From: Candidatus Heimdallarchaeota archaeon
GTDB taxonomy: Archaea; Asgardarchaeota; Heimdallarchaeia; Heimdallarchaeales; Heimdallarchaeaceae
Assembly (NCBI GenBank): GCA_016840095.1
Contig: JAEOSZ010000050.1
Coordinates: 1 to 45,474 of the forward strand
Length of the DNA stretch: 45,474 nt
Direction: 5' to 3'
Shown here: one piece after another, positions 36,441-45,474 of the stretch
Layout of the letters: every line of letters begins with the position of its first letter
How positions within the stretch are numbered: the stretch's first letter is position 1
Notes under the pieces: model-generated
Seen by the model: the letters and a program-made list of their open reading frames with translations, nothing else
What the model was told of the DNA's origin: nothing
Database searches by the model: none
Position numbers and translations under genes: made by a program

Positions 36441-39400
36441 TTAGAATCGTACTGTAGCAATTTTATATGCATCAAAAATAGGGGTCAATATTCCTTGTTC
36501 TATAAATTCAAAGATTATAGGAAGTCCTTTTTCAATCCTAATATCATCAAGTTCATCGAATATTCTGCTAATTGTTACATTTTCATTGTTGGTAATGAAA
36601 TCAATTAACCTCTTCTGTAAACCATTGAATTCTTCAATTTCAAGTGCTTTGTAAGGAGATACAGTAAATGGATAGAAAATCCAAAGGTGTATTTCTTTCA
36701 TAATTTTCTCTGTTATCCCTTGAAGATTGATTCTAAAGACTTCTGTTGATCCATCCCAGTCTTCTGTTATATTGCTGAACATTTTAGCAAACCAAACACT
36801 GATAACAGTAAGCCTATCCTCAATTTCTGTGTTCAGTTCAGTTTCAGAGAAAGTATAAATTGTAAAATTACCAGATTCTGATCCAGTTACAAAGAAATTC
36901 TTATACTGTAATCGTTTTACAGCACCTGCTCTATCTCCTCTCAATTCAACACCCATAGAAGATATAGCTGTAAGAAAACCTGTGATAAGTGAAGGATCTA
37001 GAGTTATTTCTGAACCTAAATCCATCTCATAAACAGGTAACCCTGTAGCTCTGTGAACGATTATCAATTTAGTAATCGATAGAACACTTTCATATAAACC
37101 ATATATTCTTGCAAAGAGAGTTTTTTCTGCTTTTTTACTACTGTCAATTCTTCTACGAAGAACAATCACAGTTGGAGCAATAATTGCAGCTAAGGAAAAA
37201 ATCCCAATAATAACAAAAATATAAATTGGAATACCTACATCAGGAGGGATAATTGATATTGTTTTTAATAGAAAATCAGTCTGTTCTTCATAACCAGGTT
37301 TGCTAATTGTTAGAAAAACATTTACAGTTGTTTCCTGAGGTTCATATATTCTCAATGTTACCGAATAGAGACCTTGATCTTCTGAAGGAGTTCCTATTAT
37401 TTCTGCTTTATCTGAATCTAAATCTAGTGTGATTTCAAAAGTTGCCCCTTCTATATTTTCCGGATTAATTGTGTCAACATAATAAAAGGTAATTGTTGTT
37501 TCATTACCATGGAAAACTTCATCGTCTGAAGAAACAAGGTCTATAGTAGTTGGTGTAGTTAGAATCTCTAAATTAACAGTAGATGTTGCATTTTCTTGTC
37601 CATAGTCAACAATGAAGTCTTGTTTTGCGACAGAAATTCTAATGGAATAGGTATCTGGTAACAAATTGAGACCATCAATATCGCTATACAATTCAAATTG
37701 AATCAGATTTGTTACTGCAAATTCTCTAATACCGTACTGTAGTGTTTCAATCAATAATACATCATTAATATAGAAAGCCATATCATCAACAAGAACTGCT
37801 GTGCTTGAATTTGAAGTATCCTCCACATAGAACTGAATAATTGATTCATCATCGTTGTAATAAGCTTGGAAGCTACCACCTGAAGTTGGAGAAATAGCAA
37901 AAGTATGATAAACATAGACATAGAATGAAATTGAATGCTCTTCTAAAGAAATTCCAGTAGCTGTAAGAGTTATTGAATAATTACCAACTACTGTATCAAT
38001 CGCGATATTTCCTTCATAGTAGGGGCCTATATAATTTAAAACTCCAGATGTTCCCCAAGAAGTATTAAATGCTACTGGTGCTGCAGTTATTGGAGTACCA
38101 TCTCCAACAAGGAAAGGGTCACTGATATTATTATATGTGATTCGTACGGTGACAGATTCTTCATTTATCCTATTGATTGAAGTTGTAGTGTTAGTATAAT
38201 CATTTATTCCATAGTTTTCTTCCCAATTAAAGGAAGCAGTTGTTGATTTTCCAACAGATATTGTTAAACTAAAGAATCCTATTTCAGTATCATTGCTCCA
38301 AAAGCATGTAGCAGTCCACTGTCCTTCTATATCTGTTCCATTAAAAGAAGGATCAAATACTGTACTTACTGTATATTGTCCTGCACTTTCTTGAGTACTA
38401 TCCAGAATAGTATAAGGAGTTAAATCATTGAATATAAGAGTAGGATAAAGGCTGTCATTTTTGACAGGAACAATGTTTCCATTTGGATCATATAGTGTGA
38501 AATTTAGATTTCCCGTCAATTCATCGTTCAACGAAGAATCTTTAATATAGATGTTTGCTGTCACTATAGATCCATTATAACCTATTGCATGGGAAGTATT
38601 AGTTGTCCAATAACCTAGATTGAATGAGTTAGAATTAAGTGTCACATCGTATAGATAATTTAAACTCGTGGTTGTAAAAGAAAAATCACCTGATTCATAT
38701 TTATCAACTAATAAAAGAGAATCTATATCAAACACATATCCTAATAGTGTCCTAGTTCCAGGAATAGACATAGATTCATTAACCTCTAAATTGAAAGTAA
38801 TATCGTTCCAATCATCTGCAGTATACAATTCTTGAAACCTTGAAGGATTTGTATAAGGCAGCAAATTCAAAGCTCCACATGTCCAATTAACTGTCCAGTA
38901 TACACTTTCTGTTAAATGAGATGAATTTGATACAATATATGTAGAGGAAGCTGTCACAATTCGACTGAATGTATAAGAATTATTCATAGAAATTTCTACA
39001 GTTGTATTTGAACTAAGTGAGTGATCTCCATCTCCTACAATTTCTTGAGTGAGTGAAGTTATAGGTACAGCATTATCTGTTAGAGCTATTAATGAAGGAT
39101 CTGTAATTTCAATAGCATTGCCTTCTGAATCTGATCGCAATAGCTCTACATTTAGTCCTCTAGTTTCATCTGTTACAAGAGTCCAGGATGCACCATCATG
39201 GTAATAAAATGGATAACCAGAAGTTCCACCTTGTTTACCTAACCAATCATATGCATCACCTGCATCATCTATAACTGTTAATTCAATAACAACAAAATAG
39301 GTTCCCATTTCTAAAATAGTTTCACCCGTTAATGTAGTATTTAGAAAATCATAATCACCATAATCTGTTAATATACTTGTTGGGATAGTGTTAGATGAAT

Positions 39401-40022
39401 TGTAAGGTCCATTTATTTCATAAGCTCGAACATCAGTTAAGTTTGGCTGATTTAATCCATCTGCTTTTACAACATAAAGCTCTATTTCATCATTACCCAA
39501 TGTTGGTCCATCCTCTACTAGATTCAGTTCAGCTCCGTAGAATACTGCATAATCCCAAACTACTTGGAATGCTTGAGCTAAACGAATTTTACCAGAATCA
39601 AGGATATAATGTTTATTCTGAGAAGTAACTGGAAGTTCATAAATGTCAGAAGTACTAGCTATAGTTAGATTATAAGTAAGAATATCAGCAGTGAAATTTG
39701 AAGGTGGTTGTATGTTAAAACTATCACTCTGACCATTGCTTTCATTTAAAGACAGACTAGTAGAATGAGATACATTAAGTTCATCCATCACTGAAAATGT
39801 GCTTCCTATTCCTGATAGTGAATCAACAGGATTATAGTTTAACTTAATAGCTTGGTGAATATCATGTGAATTTAGATAATTTATATTTTCAACAGTTTCA
39901 TTAAAATCATAGATTTGTTCTGTATTTTCAAACAACTTAGAATCAGCATCTAATCCTAAACTTGCGAAATTAATAATCATCATACAAAGTAACAAGTAGC
40001 ATATTGATCTTCTATTGAACAT
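36441..40022 (-). CDS. Large single-pass membrane protein: beta-rich ectodomain, TM, cytoplasmic longin + winged helix (paralogue 1)
   Basis: Signal peptide; about 900 aa Ser/Thr/Asn-rich ectodomain with more than 20 N-x-S/T sequons; TM IPIYIFVIIGIFSLAAIIAPTVIVL followed by RRR; ITKLIIVHRATGLPVY...DPSLITGFLTAISSMG longin; terminal wHTH. Confidence 0.85.
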   Translation of the reverse strand: MFNRRSICYLLLCMMIINFASLGLDADSKLFENTEQIYDFNETVENINYLNSHDIHQAIKLNYNPVDSLSGIGSTFSVMDELNVSHSTSLSLNESNGQSDSFNIQPPSNFTADILTYNLTIASTSDIYELPVTSQNKHYILDSGKIRLAQAFQVVWDYAVFYGAELNLVEDGPTLGNDEIELYVVKADGLNQPNLTDVRAYEINGPYNSSNTIPTSILTDYGDYDFLNTTLTGETILEMGTYFVVIELTVIDDAGDAYDWLGKQGGTSGYPFYYHDGASWTLVTDETRGLNVELLRSDSEGNAIEITDPSLIALTDNAVPITSLTQEIVGDGDHSLSSNTTVEISMNNSYTFSRIVTASSTYIVSNSSHLTESVYWTVNWTCGALNLLPYTNPSRFQELYTADDWNDITFNLEVNESMSIPGTRTLLGYVFDIDSLLLVDKYESGDFSFTTTSLNYLYDVTLNSNSFNLGYWTTNTSHAIGYNGSIVTANIYIKDSSLNDELTGNLNFTLYDPNGNIVPVKNDSLYPTLIFNDLTPYTILDSTQESAGQYTVSTVFDPSFNGTDIEGQWTATCFWSNDTEIGFFSLTISVGKSTTASFNWEENYGINDYTNTTTSINRINEESVTVRITYNNISDPFLVGDGTPITAAPVAFNTSWGTSGVLNYIGPYYEGNIAIDTVVGNYSITLTATGISLEEHSISFYVYVYHTFAISPTSGGSFQAYYNDDESIIQFYVEDTSNSSTAVLVDDMAFYINDVLLIETLQYGIREFAVTNLIQFELYSDIDGLNLLPDTYSIRISVAKQDFIVDYGQENATSTVNLEILTTPTTIDLVSSDDEVFHGNETTITFYYVDTINPENIEGATFEITLDLDSDKAEIIGTPSEDQGLYSVTLRIYEPQETTVNVFLTISKPGYEEQTDFLLKTISIIPPDVGIPIYIFVIIGIFSLAAIIAPTVIVLRRRIDSSKKAEKTLFARIYGLYESVLSITKLIIVHRATGLPVYEMDLGSEITLDPSLITGFLTAISSMGVELRGDRAGAVKRLQYKNFFVTGSESGNFTIYTFSETELNTEIEDRLTVISVWFAKMFSNITEDWDGSTEVFRINLQGITEKIMKEIHLWIFYPFTVSPYKALEIEEFNGLQKRLIDFITNNENVTISRIFDELDDIRIEKGLPIIFEFIEQGILTPIFDAYKIATVRF

Positions 40023-40128
40023 AATTTGAAACCCCTTTACTTATAGAATTATTCTTTATTTTACAAAACAGTTTTGGTTTATAAATTATTAGTTATTTTT
40101 TCATTATCTTTAAACACAATAAAATAAT

Positions 40129-43100
40129 CTAAAATCTGACAGTAGCTATCTTATAAGCGTCAAATTCAGGTTCTAAGATATTAGTTTCGATTAATTCAAA
40201 GATAATAGGTAAACCTTGCTCTATTTTTACATCATCAAAATCTTCAAAAAGACGACTGATTGTAATAGATTCACTTTCTAGAACATAGTTTACCATTCTT
40301 TTTCTAATTCCTGACATCTCTTCAATTTCTTGACTCTTGTAGGGGGAAACTCTAAATGGATAAAAAATCCACAGATGAATCTCTTTCATTATTTTTTCAG
40401 TAATTCCTTGTAGATTCATTCTAAAGGGTTCTGTTGAGCCATCCCAATCAGCATCTATCTGAGGGAACATCATAGCAAACCAGTCACTTATGACTGTAAG
40501 TTTTTTCTCAATTTCCTCATTTAATTCGGTTTCAGAAAAAGTATACAGTGTAAAAAATCCTGATTGTGAGGCAATTACCTGGAATTCTTTATATTGCACT
40601 CTTCTCACACCTCCTGACCTTTCTCCCCTCATTTCAGTTCCTACAGAAGATACAGCTGAAAGGAACCCTGATATCAATGATGGATCTGCTTGAATTTCTG
40701 AACCTAAATCCATTTCATAAATAGGTAAACTAGTTACATTTTGCACAACAATTAGTTTTGTAATTGATAGCACACCTTCATAGAATTGATAAGTCTTAGT
40801 GAATATATCCCGCTGATTTCTTTTTTCTCTATTCCTTCTTCTTCGAAGAAGTAAAATGGAAGGTACAATTAAAGCCCCAGCACCTAAAATGCCAATTATG
40901 ACAAACAAATAGAAAGGCAGCTTAGAAACAGGTTCTGTTGGTAATGTGATCTGAACTGAAGCTAGTCTAAAGTCAATAGGTTCATGGTTTGAAATTGAAA
41001 TAGAAACATAAACATTCAAAGATAAAATAGTAGGTTGCAGAACTTTTACTATTACTGTATATATTCCTGCTGTTTCTGAATCAAACCAAACTTCTACATC
41101 TTCAATGTCAACACTTAGTTCTATATCTGCTCCTAATAATCCAGTAATTCTTGTAGATTTATTTGCATCCATTAAACTAAATTTAATCTCGGCTTGACTG
41201 TTTGTTTCCATTTCTTCAATACCTTGTTCAACGACTATTGCAATTGGTATTAGTACTATTTCAAATTGAGGGAAAACAAATGTTGCACTATTCTGGTGGG
41301 ATTCATCAACAAAGTCAGTTTTCGTAGCTACAACTTCAAGAGTATGGCTTCCTATAGTCAGTTCTAAATCATCTGTATCTAATACTACTTCAATGACTCC
41401 TCCTAATAATACAATGGAATACTCTTCACTTGTAAGATTGGAGGAATCTAATATAATAGTAAGTTCATCAGGATATATCTGAACACTTGCATTAGATAAA
41501 TCTACTAATTCTAATCTGAAGTTTGCTGGATTAGTATAGGTAACTTCACCTATAGTTTGGATAGAATTAATTCTAAATACATGTAGAATTCTTAAGGAAA
41601 ATTGTGTTGTATGATTTTGCAGATAATTACCAGAAGCAAAAATCTGAATCGTTGATAATCCCTCTGGAGCGTTTGTAGCAATAGTTGTTTCATAAGAAGA
41701 AACATTATAATCGATTGACCCAGAATCTAACCAGCTTGTTGTGAATGTAACTGTAGCGGCTGTTATTGGTGTTCCATTTCCTACAAAATACGGATCACTG
41801 ATATTGAGATAATTTACTCGTACTCTTATATTTTCACCACTAATACGAGAAATTTCAGAACTAGAATTGTTTATCCAAATATCACTACCTACACTTTCCT
41901 CCCATTCTAATTCAAGAAATGTAGGTTTAACTACTGTAATAGTTTTAGCAAAAAATCCAACTGCTGTTCCATTAGACCATTCGTAACTAACTGTCCATAA
42001 TCCTTCTAAATCACTACCATAAACTGAAGGATCAAATGACGTCACTGTAGAGTAAACTCCTGGGCTTGATTGAGACGATATCAATTGAGAATAACTTGTT
42101 GTATCTACAAAAGAGATATTTGAATCTAGGTTTGTTTTCATAGGGACTATCTGTCCATTGGGAGAATAGATTGTGAAGTTTAGTTCTCCAGTTAAAATGT
42201 CTGTTATTATATCCTCCCTTACTGTAATGGATGAATCTATATCGGAACCATAGTGACCAATAGCATGACTTGTATTAGTTGTCCAGTATCCTAGATTGAA
42301 AATTTCAGCTGAAATACTCGAATCAAAGATATGATTCCGACTTGTTGAATAGAACACAAAATCACTTTCAAAATAATTATTCCCGTTCAGTAAAATATCT
42401 AAATCTAGAGTGTGAGTACTTGATTGAATAGAACTACTAATTGGTACTGAATCATTGATGAAAAATGAATGACTCAAATTATTCCACCCTTCTGGAATTG
42501 TTATTGTTTGCGTTCTAGTATGACCACTATATTGCATGATATCTACTAAAGGAGTAAACCAGTTAATACTCCAAGATACACTATAATCATAAAAAGATGA
42601 ATTGAGTACAGAATAGGTTGACTGACCAACCAATGTTCTACTAAACGAATAATCATTGTTCATTTGAATATTAACAGAAGTGTTTGAAGTAATGTCATGA
42701 ACACCTATTCCACTTATCATCTGATTAAACGAAGTAATATCTATTCCATTGTCTCTTAATTGTATTTCTGCAGGATCTGTAAATCTCATTACTGTCCCAT
42801 TTTCATATGCAGGTGTTAGTTCTGGAGCCAAGACATAGTCTTTGTTTACAATAGAAGACCAAGCTGTTCCATCATGTGTATAAGAATCACCATAAACTGA
42901 GCCTTGTTGCCCTCTCCAGTTAAACCCATCTCCATCATTTGCATCATAACTAGAAGCATTTGCAACAAGATAGTATTTACCAGTTGAAAGTGTGACGTCA
43001 CTAAAGGAATAATAAACAACGTTTCCTGTAGTACTTTCTGTAATAGGATTTGAGGAGTTGAAAGGACCGTCTATTGCACTACTCAAAACAGAAGACATAT

Positions 43101-43710
43101 CTGGTTTTCCATCAGAGATACTTGAATTCACAAGAAACAAATCTAGTTCATCACCACCTATGGCAGTTTTAATAATAAGATATATTTTTGCTCCTGAGAA
43201 TATCGCCGCAGGCCAAGTAACATCAAAGCTCTGTGCAATTCTGATGACAGATGATGAAGGAATTTCATCTTTATTGTGAATAGTCTGTTGATAATCAAAA
43301 TAGCTGGTTGCCGAAAGAGATGAGATATTGTATTGCGATGAATCAACAGTATAATCGGTTATCTCCGATATTGTGTATGAATCAGTATAGCTATTGTCAG
43401 AATTTAGTGACAAATTAATTCCATGTTTCACTTGAAGATCATCTGAAACAAAAAAGTCATCCCCAGTCCCATTTGAAGTAAGAACAGGAGTATAGGAATA
43501 CTTCAACATTTGATCAAATGGAGAACTTATTTGTTCATTCAGCATATTGTTTAATGATACTTTATAGCTGTCTACATTATTTTCATTGACAATTAAATCA
43601 GTAGTTGTTCTATTCAACACTCCACTAATCGTGATAGGTAAAGCAGAGAGAATAATAGTATAAACTATAAATAGAGAAAAAAACTTCCTATATTTGAAAC
43701 TACAAAGCAA
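40129..43710 (-). CDS. Large single-pass membrane protein with cytoplasmic longin + winged helix (paralogue 2)
   Basis: Colinear with paralogue 1 (FNLGYWTTNTSHAIG, LNFTIYSPNG, FDPSVYGSD, DPSLISGFLSAVSS). Same FDAYKIATVRF C-terminus. Confidence 0.85.
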   Translation of the reverse strand: MLCSFKYRKFFSLFIVYTIILSALPITISGVLNRTTTDLIVNENNVDSYKVSLNNMLNEQISSPFDQMLKYSYTPVLTSNGTGDDFFVSDDLQVKHGINLSLNSDNSYTDSYTISEITDYTVDSSQYNISSLSATSYFDYQQTIHNKDEIPSSSVIRIAQSFDVTWPAAIFSGAKIYLIIKTAIGGDELDLFLVNSSISDGKPDMSSVLSSAIDGPFNSSNPITESTTGNVVYYSFSDVTLSTGKYYLVANASSYDANDGDGFNWRGQQGSVYGDSYTHDGTAWSSIVNKDYVLAPELTPAYENGTVMRFTDPAEIQLRDNGIDITSFNQMISGIGVHDITSNTSVNIQMNNDYSFSRTLVGQSTYSVLNSSFYDYSVSWSINWFTPLVDIMQYSGHTRTQTITIPEGWNNLSHSFFINDSVPISSSIQSSTHTLDLDILLNGNNYFESDFVFYSTSRNHIFDSSISAEIFNLGYWTTNTSHAIGHYGSDIDSSITVREDIITDILTGELNFTIYSPNGQIVPMKTNLDSNISFVDTTSYSQLISSQSSPGVYSTVTSFDPSVYGSDLEGLWTVSYEWSNGTAVGFFAKTITVVKPTFLELEWEESVGSDIWINNSSSEISRISGENIRVRVNYLNISDPYFVGNGTPITAATVTFTTSWLDSGSIDYNVSSYETTIATNAPEGLSTIQIFASGNYLQNHTTQFSLRILHVFRINSIQTIGEVTYTNPANFRLELVDLSNASVQIYPDELTIILDSSNLTSEEYSIVLLGGVIEVVLDTDDLELTIGSHTLEVVATKTDFVDESHQNSATFVFPQFEIVLIPIAIVVEQGIEEMETNSQAEIKFSLMDANKSTRITGLLGADIELSVDIEDVEVWFDSETAGIYTVIVKVLQPTILSLNVYVSISISNHEPIDFRLASVQITLPTEPVSKLPFYLFVIIGILGAGALIVPSILLLRRRRNREKRNQRDIFTKTYQFYEGVLSITKLIVVQNVTSLPIYEMDLGSEIQADPSLISGFLSAVSSVGTEMRGERSGGVRRVQYKEFQVIASQSGFFTLYTFSETELNEEIEKKLTVISDWFAMMFPQIDADWDGSTEPFRMNLQGITEKIMKEIHLWIFYPFRVSPYKSQEIEEMSGIRKRMVNYVLESESITISRLFEDFDDVKIEQGLPIIFELIETNILEPEFDAYKIATVRF

Positions 43711-43812
43711 TTTAGCTCATCTCTCTTATTCTAATAGATAAATAATAACTTATGACTTAAATTCTTTTTCTATTTTACAATAGTTTGGAAGAATAAAAGG
43801 GAATTATGGGGA

Positions 43813-45474
43813 TTAGCCATTAAATGATGAAAATTGACTTCGATGTAAAAATCCTTTATTTACCAGACTGAAAACAGCTGTAAGTGTGTCTTCCATTTCA
43901 TAATCACTGTATTTCTTCAGCAAAACACTAATCGTTACTTCTTCTCTTTTCTTTGCAAATTCTGCTATTCTAATCTCCATTTTATCCAGTTTCTTAATCT
44001 CTTTTAACTTTTGTTTATTAAACTTTAGAGGGAAGTAAATCCAGAAGTACAAAGATTCAGCTACCTTATCTTCTATAAGCTTCTTTCTAGTATTGAACAT
44101 TTCTTTTTTGCCATCCCATATCTTATCTTTGATCTTAAAGCTGTATTCAAACCACATTATTAAATCATAAAGTCTGTTTTGGAATTCTTTTATCAGTTCA
44201 TCTGAAGAGAATAGGAAAACTGTATAAGTTTCTGAACTGGCTCCTGTAACTACGAAATTTCTATATTCAAGTCTTCTAATTTCACCTGTGTTACTTCCAC
44301 CCAAGGTTTTACCCATTGTATCGACAACACTCAAGAAACCTGAAACTAATGCAGAGTCAATTGCATGTGCTCCACCAATATCCAATTCAAATACAGGTAA
44401 ACTAGTTTCAGTGTGAATAAATAGAATCTTTCTCATTGCTAAAACACTATCTAGTAGTCCTACAACTGCAGATTTGCTTCTAATATCAACAATTGTTTCA
44501 GCAGATTTTCTTGTTCTTGACAGTGCAATAATTCCGATTAAAAGAGTTAAAAGTAATATTCCTCCTACAATTATTATTACTATCAAGTATGGGGGGAAGG
44601 CATCGGAAGGCGATACTTTTACAGTAAAATCAAATCCAATTGTATCATCTTGATAAGTCGCTCTAAAACCTGTTTTAGTAACTTCTACAGTCACTGTATG
44701 AGTACCTGAGGCTTGCATATTGATAGTTAAAACAACCCAATCTCCATCTATTGACTGTTCATAAAATCCTTCAGCTAATAGTTCACCATTAATATACACT
44801 GTAATGTCATCAGGTAAAATATTACCTTGGAGAGGATCTGTCATATTAATTAACTGGAATCTTAATACAGCTTCATCAGTATTGTTTATCTCTATTGATG
44901 CTTCGTCTGGAACAATCTGAAATTGATTAACTACTTCTAGATTTAGAACTGCATCCTGAAGTCTGCATTGAGAACTATTAGCTTCCAATGTAATTGAGTA
45001 CAAACCAGCATTGATGTCTGCTGGAATTGTTGTGTTGAAAACAACACCATTTTGACTGAAGTCACCAGAAAGTCCCCAGCTAGTATGGAATGAAACTGTA
45101 GAATTTGGAAGAAGAATCCCTTTAGCTGTTAGGAAAGCCTCACTGATGGAATAAAAATCTGAACGTAATCTTAATGAATCTCCATTTATCCTTAAGGCTG
45201 TAACAGCTAATGTAGTTGTCCAGGCATCACTGTTAGGAACAGTTTCCCAAGAAGGCTCAAAAATAACTGCAGGTTCCACACAAATTGTTTTTGTGAATAA
45301 TCCAACTTGAGATCCGTTAGACCAATAAACAAAAGCAGTCCAATCACCTGCTTCATCAGACCCGTAAACTGAAGGATCGAAGATGAGATCAGAGATAAAT
45401 ATACCAGAACCACCTGAAAGAATTCCACTTTTTGTATAATCAGTTAGGTCGGTATATGAGAGGTTAGTATCAAG
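43813..45474 (-). CDS. Third paralogue of the ectodomain-TM-longin-wHTH family (5'-truncated by window edge)
   Basis: The frame is open to base 45474 (LDTNLSYTD...FDPSVYGSDEAGDWTAFVYWSNGSQVGLF). TM, then MRKILFIHTETSLPVF...DSALVSGFLSVV longin and a wHTH. Confidence 0.85.
   Translation of the reverse strand, partial: LDTNLSYTDLTDYTKSGILSGGSGIFISDLIFDPSVYGSDEAGDWTAFVYWSNGSQVGLFTKTICVEPAVIFEPSWETVPNSDAWTTTLAVTALRINGDSLRLRSDFYSISEAFLTAKGILLPNSTVSFHTSWGLSGDFSQNGVVFNTTIPADINAGLYSITLEANSSQCRLQDAVLNLEVVNQFQIVPDEASIEINNTDEAVLRFQLINMTDPLQGNILPDDITVYINGELLAEGFYEQSIDGDWVVLTINMQASGTHTVTVEVTKTGFRATYQDDTIGFDFTVKVSPSDAFPPYLIVIIIVGGILLLTLLIGIIALSRTRKSAETIVDIRSKSAVVGLLDSVLAMRKILFIHTETSLPVFELDIGGAHAIDSALVSGFLSVVDTMGKTLGGSNTGEIRRLEYRNFVVTGASSETYTVFLFSSDELIKEFQNRLYDLIMWFEYSFKIKDKIWDGKKEMFNTRKKLIEDKVAESLYFWIYFPLKFNKQKLKEIKKLDKMEIRIAEFAKKREEVTISVLLKKYSDYEMEDTLTAVFSLVNKGFLHRSQFSSFNG

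Noticed and set aside
36441-43710. Both complete paralogues being exactly 1193 aa
   Set aside because: They carry compensating indels and the TTG start of paralogue 2 is uncertain, so the identical length is probably coincidental.
45207-45428. 73-aa ORF suggesting a frameshift in paralogue 3
   Set aside because: Manual translation shows the main frame is open from 45474 and homologous to paralogue 2. The small ORF is an off-frame shadow.
1-45474. tRNA, rRNA, transposase/integrase, defence genes, stop-codon recoding
   Set aside because: I saw no GC-rich structured RNA block, no recombinase motifs and no split conserved genes. Intergenic gaps are short and AT-rich. A tRNAscan/Rfam run would be needed to exclude small RNAs formally.

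Overview
This is an AT-rich (roughly one-third GC by eye), gene-dense archaeal chromosomal window. It is very probably from an Asgard archaeon, likely Heimdallarchaeia. The basis is a Rab/Ras-like GTPase, several longin-domain proteins, OST5/TMEM258-like and CCDC47-like genes, an archaea-specific Ski2-like helicase, a short archaeal PurA and a four-subunit POR. Housekeeping content: sdhA-sdhB-fumC, porGDAB, purA, nnr, a citG-like gene, an HD nucleotidase, alkaline phosphatase, an APC permease and an NfeD-flotillin pair. I saw no rRNA, tRNA, CRISPR array or mobile element. Most notable: (1) an unannotated 287-aa protein (15364-16227) whose motif order resembles both kinetochore paralogues CENP-N/Chl4 and CENP-L, close to a Cren7-like zinc/winged-helix gene; (2) at least three tandem receptor-like proteins with a large sequon-rich ectodomain, one TM helix and a conserved cytoplasmic longin + winged-helix tail (36441 to window end); (3) a coupled IFT52/GIFT-like + multi-longin gene pair and an NPRL2/DENN-like protein; (4) a class II (bacterial/eukaryotic-type) CCA-adding enzyme in an archaeon. 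All remote-homology calls come from motif comparison by eye against family sequences recalled from memory. They need profile or structure searches to confirm.
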